NCBI GenBank assembly: GCA_964199315.1
Contig: OZ116710.1
Location: forward strand, 2,790,001-2,854,000
Length of the DNA: 64,000 nt
Direction: 5' to 3'
From: Orbicella franksi
Lineage: Eukaryota
This document shows, piece after piece, positions 1-10,306 of this stretch; positions within the stretch are counted from its first letter, which is position 1, and the number at the start of each line of letters is the position of its first letter. The notes under the pieces are model-generated. The model was given only the letters and a program-made list of their open reading frames with translations, made no database searches and had not been told where the DNA came from. The position numbers were made by a program, and so were the translations under genes.

Positions 1-186
1 ACTGAAAGTATACTGTAAGCTCCGACTCTGTCGTGCCCTCTGGAAATCCAGAGACCAAAATACGCGAACGTTCCATGTGTATTTCTCTGGTCGATCTCAA
101 GGAATGTCCGAGGACATGTTGATTTGAGATCTAGTGAAGCATTGTTTGCTTCTGAGAATGCAGGAAATGTAAATCATTCCAAGAAA

Positions 187-524
187 GGGGGTTTCCGAAT
201 ATTAATAAGTTTCAGTTTCACTGAGGCCTGATTGGTTACTAGTTGGTTGCTATGGCTAATGTTGGCCGTTCATTGGCTGGCCACAACTGCACCCTGTTTC
301 TATTGAAACTTTCTGAGAAATGTTGTCATGAGCTTGTTCCCTTTCCACGAAACGGGCACTAGAAACCGAAAATAGAACAACTCGAAAGCATTCAGTTGTC
401 CATGGAGTAACACATTTCATGGTGGTTGGTAGCGTCTTAATCTCGTCCTGCTTCAAAAAGTAACTTTCGGTATCTAGTCGGTCTATTTCCCTTCGAAGCT
501 ACGTAATTTGTGCGGGGATTCCCC
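187..524. promoter_or_regulatory. Candidate immune-responsive promoter: two NF-kB sites and two ISRE/IRF sites, plus a reverse CCAAT
   Basis: GGGGGTTTCC 187-196; AGTTTCAGTTTCAC 208-221; GATTGG 230-235; GAAACCGAAA 362-371; GGGGATTCCCC 514-524. All lie within 470 bp upstream of the ATG at 653. Confidence 0.55.
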
Positions 525-652
525 GAATCTGATCCCTGTTATTTATGCCAACAAGTCTGACTTTGCTTTACGCTTTGTTGTTGAATTCGACAGGCTTCTT
601 CTAGAAACTTCGAAATAGGTAATAGCATTCTTTCTGTCACAAACGGCAAGCA

Positions 653-3600
653 ATGGCTTCAGAACATTCAATTCTAAAGGCAATAAACCCAGACGACGCT
701 CGAAGAAGCATTGTTGTGGCGAATATGGCTCCAGGGACCAAAGAAGAAGCTATTTTTATCCATTTTCAGCAGCGTAAACATGGCGGCGGAGATGTGTCGT
801 CAGTGAGGCTCACACAAGATGGAGATAAAGCTGTTATTACATTTGAAGAAGCAGAAAGTAAGTCGATGGATATTTGCACAGATAACTTTATTGCTTATGT
901 TTTATTTTTAGCCAGTTTCTGCACTTGACGCTTGATTGCGGACGACCTAAACCTTGCTGTCATCAGTCTGCTTGCAGCTATGAATGCATTTTGAGTTGTT
1001 TTCGACGAGTTAACCTTTGAAATTCATGATAAATCAAGACATTACAGACACATGTTGGCGCCGAAGCAGTTAATAAAATTAAGCGAGAGGTGTTTATACG
1101 TATTCAGACTTCAACTTCTCCAATCGCGTGCTAATCTATAACCAAGCACTGTTTTATATAAAGCATTGTTGAGTGTCTTTGTTGAAGTGTAATCAAAGTT
1201 GGGCAAAGGCCTGCATCGAAGCACTCTTGATGATGAATTAAGCTTACCCCCTTTGCGAATCGAGTTTACTCAGTATACAGGAGTTGGAGTTTATAACATT
1301 TATTTATGTAATCTATTTAGTCTTAATTTTCTTAAACTGTCAATTTTGCTTTTCTTTTCTCACCACGTGAAGCTGTAGAAACAGTTCTGAATAAAGAACA
1401 TAACATCGGAGGAGTTTTACTTAAAGTTGATCGGTGTCCAGAGGAGAAAAGCCCTGATGAGGTTTGATTTATATTATGATTTGAACTGATTAATGCAATA
1501 ATCATTTATGGTCACGCCACTCTTTTCTACAGGAGCATTGCGTGACGATCCAGACATCATTTCTGTTAGGCCCAGTTCGGACGTCGTGCTTCGATTCTGC
1601 CGTGCCGAACTTAAAATTTTGCAATTAGGTTCGACTGTAGCACGGGAGGAAAACAACTCTGATTCAGACGTCAAGCCAGAGTTGAACCAAATTCAGGATT
1701 TACTGATGCATCGTAACAATTCTCCCTCTAACTCTGCATGGGAACGCAATCCTAGTAAAATACACTTATAGAATTTATGAATTTTGTTTTGCGCGGCAAA
1801 AGCACGATGTCTGAATCACTGCCGTGCGAGAGTCGTGTCATGCACGGCAGAGCTTGTCGAACTTAATTGCTTGCCGAACTTAATTCAAACTTTTGATTCA
1901 GACGCCATGCTTCTGCTGTGCTTTTGTCGAACTTAATTCCTGAATTTAGTTCGGCACGGCAGAAGCACGACGTCTGAACTGAGCCTTAGTTAGCATTTCG
2001 CTTTTTCCAGCAATCTTGTACCCAGAGGCACAAAAATGCCTCTTCCAGGCATTTCGGTTGGTGGCGGAGGAGGACGAGAGGCGGCGACAAAAAAACAGTG
2101 CTGAGAAGAGTGCTGTTCCTCAACTGATTAAACGCCTGAAAAAGGCTACTTAGACAATACTCTATCTCTTCTGTACTTTTTCAGGCGATTTCTAAGACAT
2201 AACTTATGAAAACGCCTGCAGATTTTTGTAGACTTAGCAGTGCCGTAGCAGGGTAAAATTAATTGGGGGGGGGGGGGCACCCGACCGAGCACCGAAGGCG
2301 CGAGCTTGTAGGGGGTCTGTGGGCATGCCCCCCCCCCCTGGAAGATTTTGAAATCTGGGCTCTCTAAAATAGCCTTTCCAGCCTTCTGAGAGCAGTTTAC
2401 AACAATGTTTAACTGACTAAAGTCATTGATCGGACATGTTACATGAACGTTGTACTCTCCTAATTGAACAGGTTTATTATACAAATTGACAGTGTTGTGT
2501 AATAAATACTTAACTATTACATAGACCCCACGAACTATTTGGACATTTGTTATAAAACGTTATAAAGAAAAATTAGAGTTAACTAGAGTGTTTATTACGC
2601 TAAAAGAATCCAACAGTTTCCCAACATTATTACTTTTATATTTTTGAATATTTTTATTACGTGCTAGTCAAATTTTTTTCGGGGGCCCAAGGCCCCTCCC
2701 CCCCCCCGGCTCCTCCCCGTGCTATGGCACTGTTTAGTCCTTGTGGTATTTGCAAAAATATCTCGACGTGTGATCCAAAAATATCGTGTACATGTGATCC
2801 ATATTGTCGCTTAGTAACAGCAAATAACTCTCCAGGCTGTTAACTAGAGGTTTACACATTATGTTCCTAACATCAAGCGTAATTATTACGCAGCATAGTC
2901 TGTCCTAGCAAACGGTTAATTGTGTGCCCAACTATGCTCTACGGTAGCAATTTATACGCTCGTAATAATGCGGGAATTTTTCTGTTCTTCTTATTTTGAG
3001 TTTACCCTACTACTCTCATTTCATAGTTCTTTTATAATTGTTACCACCTGACCAACTGAAAACTAATTATCTCTAGGTATTCTCTCAAGTCACTGCCATG
3101 CTGGATCCCTTTGATTTTAACATTCAACTCCAAGAGGCTGAGCAGATTTTGCAGAAGATTAAAGCGGAGGTTGGTATTTCGTTTGAATACAATGACAAAT
3201 GCCTTATGATATATGGCACATTGAGCCAGATCAATGAATGTCACGGTCTTGTGAAGAGCTGCTTTATCAAGGACGAAAGCATTGCAAATGAGCTGTGCAA
3301 GCTTTCCGTGGAGGCCAAAGCACAAACAAATATGGGAGCGTCCGAGATGGGAGGAGCAGCAGAGGCGAGCTCAGCTGTTGAAACCTCTGGCGTAATCATA
3401 GCCACACCGTTGGATGAAAACCCAGAAGGGAAGGTTCTTCTGGAAGCTTGCGAGACTAAAAGGAGCGTGCTTTCTACAGTAATGCAGTTACAGACTTTTA
3501 ACATGAATCCACTTGCCTTTCGTTTTATGTGCAAGTTTTTCAACGAAAGGTTGCAAGAGATCACTAAGGAATTTCTGGTCGAGTTCGCCACTTCAAATGG

Positions 3601-4723
3601 TGGTACTCAAGTTGCATTGAAGCCAAAACATGACTGTGATTTGACCAGATACAACGAAGCTTGCAGCGAGGTTTCCATGCTAATTAAGACTGTCTCCCAG
3701 GGTATGGTTACCCGGGAAATGGACCTAACAGGATGTGATGAGGGTTCAGTCAATGCCTTGTTGCAGTACGTCTCAACTAAGTACCCAGTTATAGTAGACA
3801 TACCCCAAGAAAACGGCCCCTTTGTTGTGTACGGGGATGCTGCATCCGTTCAACAAGTGATGCTAATAGTACAAGGAGGAATGAGCGAACAGCCCAGGTA
3901 TGAAACCGCCCTGTGCGCTGAAGGAATGGGAACAGTGCCAACAGAAGTGGTTTCCATAGAGACATTTTCTCATCGAACGGAAAAAGGCATCACCATCTCC
4001 CTTCGTTATGGTGATATCACTGGCGAGGTAGTTGATGCCATCGTCAATCCTGCAAATGAATTTTTGAGACACGCAGCTGGCCTTGCAAAGTCGATTGTTC
4101 AAAAGGGTGGAATTGAAATCCAGAGAGAATCTGAAAAGATAATAAGGGAACGCGGCTTTCAGTTTCTACACGTTGGTGACGCAGTTCACACGACCGCTGG
4201 CAGTTTACCATGCAAGTTTGTCATACATGCGGTTGGTCCAGAATGGAACAGAGAGTCCGATAAAAAGAGCATGAAGCTTCTTCAAAAGGCCTGTGTGGAG
4301 AGTCTGAAACTGGCATCGCAGCTTGGTTTATCATCTGTCGCTGTACCAGCGGTTAGTTCTGGCATCTTTCGCGCTCCTATAGACGCTTGCGCTTTTGCCA
4401 TGCTAAACGCAGTGGAAGAATACCTTACAATGCCAAGTGTGGTGAAGAAAGAAGATGCGAAGAAAAAAGGGTCAAAAGCGACTGGTCAAAACAAAGAGGA
4501 TGGAAAGAAAACTGGTAACAAAGAAGAGCAGAGAAAGGACAGTGAAGCTCCAACCAAAACTTCTGAAAGTGGAAAGGATCCTGTAAAGCCGGGAAGTCTA
4601 AAAGACATTCGCTTTGTCCTCATTGATGCTGATTCCATGGATGTCTTCGAGAGAGAGTTTGCCAAAAGGTTTGGCAGCGGTGATAAAGCCATCAGCGATG
4701 ATGACGATAGTGATGAAGTTTAA
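653..4723 (+). CDS. PARP14/PARP9-like ADP-ribose-binding protein (N-terminal RRM-like and KH-like regions, one macrodomain, no PARP catalytic domain); join(653..857,1373..1461,3077..4723), 646 aa
   Basis: ATG at 653. Donor A|GTAAGT at 858 (phase 1); acceptor AG 1371-72; donor GAG|GTTTGA at 1462 (phase 0); acceptor CTCTAG at 3075-76, in frame with ORF 3098..4723. Total 1941 nt. Macrodomain motifs GDIT, VDAIVNPAN, HAAGLA, AGSLPCKFVIHAVGP, VAVPAVSSGIF. The N-terminus (RSIVVANM...IHFQQRKHGGGDVSSV...AVITFEE) resembles the PARP14/PARP10-type RRM region. Confidence 0.88.
1569..1985. mobile_element. PIF/Harbinger-type (Tourist-like) MITE in intron 2 of the macrodomain gene
   Basis: About 60-bp imperfect TIRs (GGCCCAGTTCGGACGTCGTGCTTC...GCCGTGCCGAACT / AGTTCGGCACGGCAGAAGCACGACGTCTGAACTGAGCC), flanked by a TTA duplication (1566-68 and 1986-88). 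Confidence 0.75.
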
Positions 4724-5441
4724 TGTAAAGAAACATTCTGTCAAACAAAACGCTTGAGGTACATATATTCATTGTGTGATATTAGGAAACAGTTGCAAGT
4801 GGTTTTTTTTTTTCCTGTCCTTGTTCTTTCTGTTATTAATTCTAGTTCCGTGCGACGTTAGACCAGCATGGCTGGAAATACATAACTTTATTTAGAGTAT
4901 AAGAATGTTTTCTGTGTTTGCAGGCTTTATATTTGAACAGCGTAAATTAATATGAGGTTGAATATAACCGGAGACCTCCCTTAGTCACAGCCTATTCTGT
5001 AGCCTGAGTGCTCGTGATGTTTGTTTGGGCCCCCGAATTTGAACTTAAAAATATGTAAAGCATCCTATTGCAGAGGGCAAGATCTGCAGTAAAGAATGAG
5101 ATATTGGACTAACTGTAAGATCAGCGTAAATATGTTGGTTGTCGAGTAAGCTTGCTGAATTAAGATGGCGTGATATTTCGAATATAGCCAAGTTCGTTTT
5201 TCACGCATTTATGGATCGAGAAATATGCAAAGAATAAACGAAGCCAATATGCAGGCTTCTTGAACAGTTGATCACGGCTCGCACGATTTGTTATCTTGCC
5301 TTCACCTGGTTGATTTATCAAAATTCTCAAACATGACTGTCAGACATGCTAAAAGCGCTGTTGCAGCGATTTTGTTATAAAAAAACTTACCAAAAATGGT
5401 TTTTATGTTATCATTTATCATGCAGTTTTAATCATACAGTT

Positions 5442-5705
5442 TTAAGATCGTTATAGATGTGTTAGCATTTCTGTATGTAAAGGCGAATTCTAAGGAAATC
5501 TGTGTAGAAATATCCTTTCCTTCATTTTTCAGAAAAATGCTGATGTCAGCATTTTTGTTGAGATTCAAGGCTAATTATCTCGAAAAAATGCGTGGCTATC
5601 CCAATTTTTCTTTGTGGATTCCAATAGCCCTTGCAAAGATCTACTTTTTCCGCCTGGTCTTAACCTGGCGCAAAAACCTTTGTATTTAGTAGGCACCGTC
5701 CTTAA
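5442..5705. repeat. Dispersed repeat ending in AGGCACCGTCCTTAA; partial second copy at about 25740-25833
   Basis: GGATTCCAATAGCCCTT and GGCACCGTCCTT are shared between 5617-5705 and 25751-25833. Confidence 0.5.
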
Positions 5706-5747
5706 ATAGATCGCCGCTAACAGTAAGAAACTGAGTGACTACAGGTA

Positions 5748-5966
5748 CAGTGGAACCCCGTTAATCCGGTCGCCAACGGAATAAGAAAGTCTGACTAAGC
5801 TCTTGTTCGGATCAGAGTAAAGTGGCCGTAATACCGAGGTGGCCGTATGAAACGGGTTCTTTAAATAAGAAAGTGACTGACTGAGCTGTTGTCCGGGCCA
5901 GAATAAAGTGGTCGTAATAATGTGGTGGCTGCATTAACGGGGTGGCCGTAAGGCGGGATTCCACTG
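5748..5966. mobile_element. Tc1/mariner-pogo-type MITE
   Basis: TIRs CAGTGGAACCCCG / CGGGATTCCACTG, TA on both sides (5746-47, 5967-68), and internal GTGGCCGTA repeats. Confidence 0.75.
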
Positions 5967-6632
5967 TAGTTCTTCTCCTTTGTGGCAATTGCTCTATGAT
6001 CAAAGTCAAAGCAAACCGTGAAAATCCTTGTTTATTTTAGAATAACTCAGCGGCTAATTGGTCAAGATTACAGTAGAATTAACGAACAGAACGTTTGAAC
6101 AGTAGAATTTGCAACTTGTTTTTGGACAGTTTTACTTTGCTCTACTCTTTGACAGTAGTCATGCAGTTGGCTGTTGGGTCAATCAGATTGCAAGTTGTCC
6201 ACAGCCATACACTGTGTTATGCTAATTAACCGCCATAATAGACCTACTTACCGACACGGCGGACATACTGAATAAATTAATTTACTAGCATATTACTCGG
6301 CATATACATGTGATATTTGTCTTTTTTTAGAACATAACATTTCCACAAGAAGCAATCAGCCCATTGGCCCTCGAGTGAACACTCTATCATTATATGTATT
6401 CGAGAGCGAATAATCTAATTCATTGTTAAATAGTGAATACTCACTCTCTCGACTGTGTTCCAGCGTTAGCATTGTAAGGTAAAGGGTGGTCGATTTGATG
6501 GTATCAGTATCTGCAGTTCATTTCTACCTGTAAACGTAAGTTTCATCTCATATGTATAAACTCAACTATGTTCCCCATTAATCAGGATATTCTATAGTTC
6601 GAATGAAAAGGAGCATTGCATTGGATAAATAG

Positions 6633-7094
6633 GAGGGTGTCAATGGGGCGATGACTTTTACGCTTAATATTTTGGCTTTTTACAGCGAACGGTTAATTTA
6701 GTTTCCTTACGGTTAACAGAAATCTTAGAAATTAATTAACATTTTTACAAAAGTTACGAACTAATTTTCTTTTTTTAAAAAAGGTAAAATTTATTGAATT
6801 ACCGTGAAAAAAAAAAAAAAAAAAAAAAGAATATTTAAGGAACCATTCCGGGATGGAAAAGGTCTTATGACAAGAGTTGTTGCCGGATACTAAGTCTCCC
6901 AGCCTTTTCCTGTATTACCAAACAGTTAACAACACAAGACAAAAATGTCTTGACAAGGGATCTTGAGACTTTCCCTTTCGTAGCTAACACTTTTTACGTT
7001 TAACATTTTTTACTGCTAACATCCAATTTTTACGCCTGGCCGGCTAAATTCTCGTCCCGTTTTACGGCAAACGATGAACCCCACTGAGACCCTC
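6633..7094. mobile_element. Non-autonomous DNA transposon with an 8-bp TSD (hAT-like), just downstream of the minus-strand beta-trefoil gene
   Basis: TIRs GAGGGTGTCAATGGGG / CCCCACTGAGACCCTC; flanks ATAAATAG and ATAAATAT (7/8 match). Confidence 0.7.
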
Positions 7095-7196
7095 ATAAAT
7101 ATATATTAGTTTATAATCAGGGGCAGTTTTGTGGATGTTATGATATTCTGTGGCCGTTAAGTTGTCAGGAATCTTGTTATTATTAATGTTGTATCG

Positions 7197-10100
7197 TCAT
7201 CTTGCACACGACATAAGAAACCAAGCGCGCCGATCTCTTCGCGATGGAGCGTCGAGCGTAACACGTCCTTGAGTACTGGTTGTGATGTAGCCCCCCGCTG
7301 GCAGAATTGATTTCATTGTCTTGCACGACGTCAAACTGCTTGAGCCGCACCTTACATCTCGCATGAAGAAACGGTGACTGTCTGTAACAGAAGCTGTATC
7401 ACTAACGAACTAAAAAGAAAAAAAAAAAAACAGTGCTATTATACATTTAATGGAACATGTTTTCCACTTCTCAATAAACGCCATGGCGCACACAAACAAT
7501 TTAGATAATATTATAGTCGCCAGTCGTTTCATGCTACAGAAATCGGGAAAAGCTCCAGCCCGATGGACTAGTTGGCTTGTATGCAGACTTTACCTATAGT
7601 TGCGTCATGCTGTGGAAATCGGAAATAAACACGTCATACATAAATAGAAGTTGGTTATCGTAGCGACTTTGTAAAGCTGTCCTCTCCAGCTTACGAAGTG
7701 CAAATACTCGAAACGTTATCGTCATAAACTCGCTTGGGCGGTGAAGGTACATTTATTGACTTCAGGCTGCTAACCGGCCGGCCGGTTATGCGTAATTTTA
7801 ACTTAGAAATCGTATGAAATTAACAAGCAATTTTGACTCGATTCACATATCATCAACTGATCCTTGTCTTACCTCTAAAGCTATTTGACTTGACTTCACA
7901 GCCAGGGTATAACTCTGATTATGTTTCCAGTGGAACGTGGTTACTAACTTGGGTGTAGAGCCAATTTGAAGCACGCAGTGTTTCAGGTGAAAAACTGTCA
8001 AAAATACATGAACGTCGTTAATGCAGTTACAGTTAAGATCTGGTAACTGTCTGAAAAACAAGGAAAGTCTACAGTACCAAACGAATCGTTGATTTATTTA
8101 TTTTTCATTGTTTTTGAAAGCGACAAGCTTTCTTCGAATTCTAGTGTCACATTGCACGTGGTTTGACCCTTTTGATAGGTTGAGTCGTTTTGGAAAGATT
8201 TTCGTACGTCCCAAGCGAGAAAAAAATTAAATAAAAACAAATTCATAAATTGAGGGAAACACAAGAGCTGATCGCTCAAGAAGACTGTTCACTTTGATTG
8301 GCAGTTTTTCCCAAAAAGTTTTATTGCCAACTACGGCTGATTTTAAGTGAATAATAAAGTTCTTAGAATAGAGCACATTTGTAGAGTGTTCTCCTGTTGT
8401 TATTGTCTCATGACTTTATATATTTTAGTTCTTTTTGTAGTTCCAAAAACGTTAACCTCGCGCCACGTGCTTAACATAAATGATATCTCCCCCGTGCTTC
8501 TGCGAACTGACGTAAAAAATTGATTCCCCGGGCAAGTAGTACAAGTATGCTAGTAGGCGTGATCTTTCCGTGTCAGCTCCTCCTGAGAATGGCTGCCTTG
8601 GTAAGCTTTGGTTTTCAAGCCATTTTTGTTTGATTTGGTCAACCAGTACTCTTCTTCGAAATTTCATTTAATATTTATAAGTCACATCTTGGCAATGAAT
8701 GTTGGTAACAGACAACGACGTTTGTTGTTTGTTTGATGGTATAGTGCGCTTGGCCGTTAGCTTATTACGCACATTCTATGGTTTAGATTTACGGTCCATG
8801 AAGGCTGAGAAGATAACTCACCAGTATACTTGGACTGACTGCTTTGTCCAGTTAACGATACTCCAGTAGGAACTCCATTGTCATCCACTTCTACTCTCAA
8901 CAGGGACTGTGAGCTCGTGTTGGCCTGTATGTGTAACAGGTATGAACGAATACTACATTTCACCTTGTTGCAGATGGATGCGTTCAAGGATCTCTGGAAG
9001 GAAACGGCCACCAAAGCTGCCTAAATAAGTACAAATAGCACTGAATTATGCGTGTGCGTTATTTTATTATTATAATTATTATTTTATTTATTTATTTATT
9101 TTTTGATTTGAAAACTGTTATTAGATGCTATTTCGGCTTACGAAAGAAATCGGGCCTGGTTCCTGTCTCTTTGCAGATTTCGCCCCTCAAGATTTGATAC
9201 GAATGCGATTATTTCCTTGTTTAACTCTGCACTTCTGTTAGCCTTAAAGCTTTTAAAATTTAATTCGTTTTTACATGTACAAATACCTTAAACACGTATC
9301 AAGGGAAACCGGTTAAACTGCTGTGGGCATTTTTTTTTTCCCTGGAACCTTCAGAATATAGTTGCAAATATTAACAGAAGCAGTCAACCTACATATAGTA
9401 GACCTTAAAGTTAGAAATTAAAAAAAAGAAATATTGGCCACTCAGACCAAATTGAGCTCGAGAAGCACGAGTGGATAATGAAGACGGATAACATAGCCGA
9501 TGCATGATTGTAAAAATTTAGACAAAAAGTATTCTATCCTTCTGTTTATATTCTACCGGATGATCACGCAAAATATATTCCTCTGTTTTATTTGGGACTT
9601 GTAGTTAGAATTACAGTTCTGTGCAAAAGTAACACATAAGAAATCCGGCAAATTTCAATTCCGCGCGAATTGCAGTTGAAATTCGCCGAACGTTCAGGAC
9701 AAAAACCGGACACTTTTTCAGTGAAACGCAGCGAAAAAAACCGAATTTTTGATGACTTTAATTTGGATTATCACTTGCTTTTGTCAAAGATTGTTTCGTT
9801 AAATTTCGTCGAAATTCGTATGCAATACTTTTGCACAGTACTGTAACAGGGGCGACCACGAATGACTTCCTTTCATGAGCCTGATCGAAAAAGTTAATAT
9901 CAGGTACATGTAGTAGAATTGACGTCTCGCTTATTATTATTATCTTTTTTATCAAATATCTAGCTTGCGAGCAGGTTCATGTTTGGAAACACACATGCGA
10001 CCGACGAAACCCCGAGAAAAGTGAAATTCACTTTCTTGCCTCCTCTTCACCAGACTCCTCTCGCCGGATCGCGTCGCTCGCGTACTCACTCTTTGCCCCT

Positions 10101-10306
10101 CGCGCGAGTGACTCAATGGTGAGTCTTCTCGCAGGCTATTAAATAGACACTAACGCGCACTGCGAAATGTCCCAACTAACTTTGAAACCAGCAAGCAGAA
10201 GGATGGTTAGCTGTAGGAATTTTGTGTCACTGACATTGCTATGGTAACAAATTCTTCTGTCATGGAAATAATTGCTTTTTAACAACCACCTATCATACAT
10301 GTACAT
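7197..10306 (-). CDS. Divergent beta-trefoil cytokine-like protein A (IL-1/FGF superfamily candidate); complement(join(7197..7409,7873..7994,8822..9020,10181..10306)), about 219 aa, N-terminus uncertain
   Basis: The last three exons have canonical AG/GT sites, phases 0/1/0, and are open throughout (AALVAVSF...KCSIRSYLLHIQ...SKYT|VFHLKHC...HWKHNQSYTLAVKSSQIALE|FVSD...DSHRFFM...YITTSTQGRVTL...DRRAWFLMSCAR*). They match the paralog at 32746-36750 exon for exon. The first exon (donor AAA|GTTAGT at 10180) is less certain. Confidence 0.8.
9614..9843. mobile_element. Tc1/mariner-type MITE in intron 1 of beta-trefoil gene A
   Basis: TIRs CAGTTCTGTGCAAAAGTA / TACTTTTGCACAGTACTG with TA on both sides. 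Confidence 0.7.
9961..10139. mobile_element. Short TIR element (MITE)
   Basis: Termini TAGCTTGCGAG / CTCGCAGGCTA. Confidence 0.45.

Noticed and set aside
858-928. C-terminal part of ORF 653..928
   Set aside because: Read-through into intron 1 past a perfect GTAAGT donor.
3041-4692. Antisense ORFs over the macrodomain exon (also those over the GPCR and TMEM151 exons)
   Set aside because: Shadow frames of real coding sequence, with no motifs of their own.
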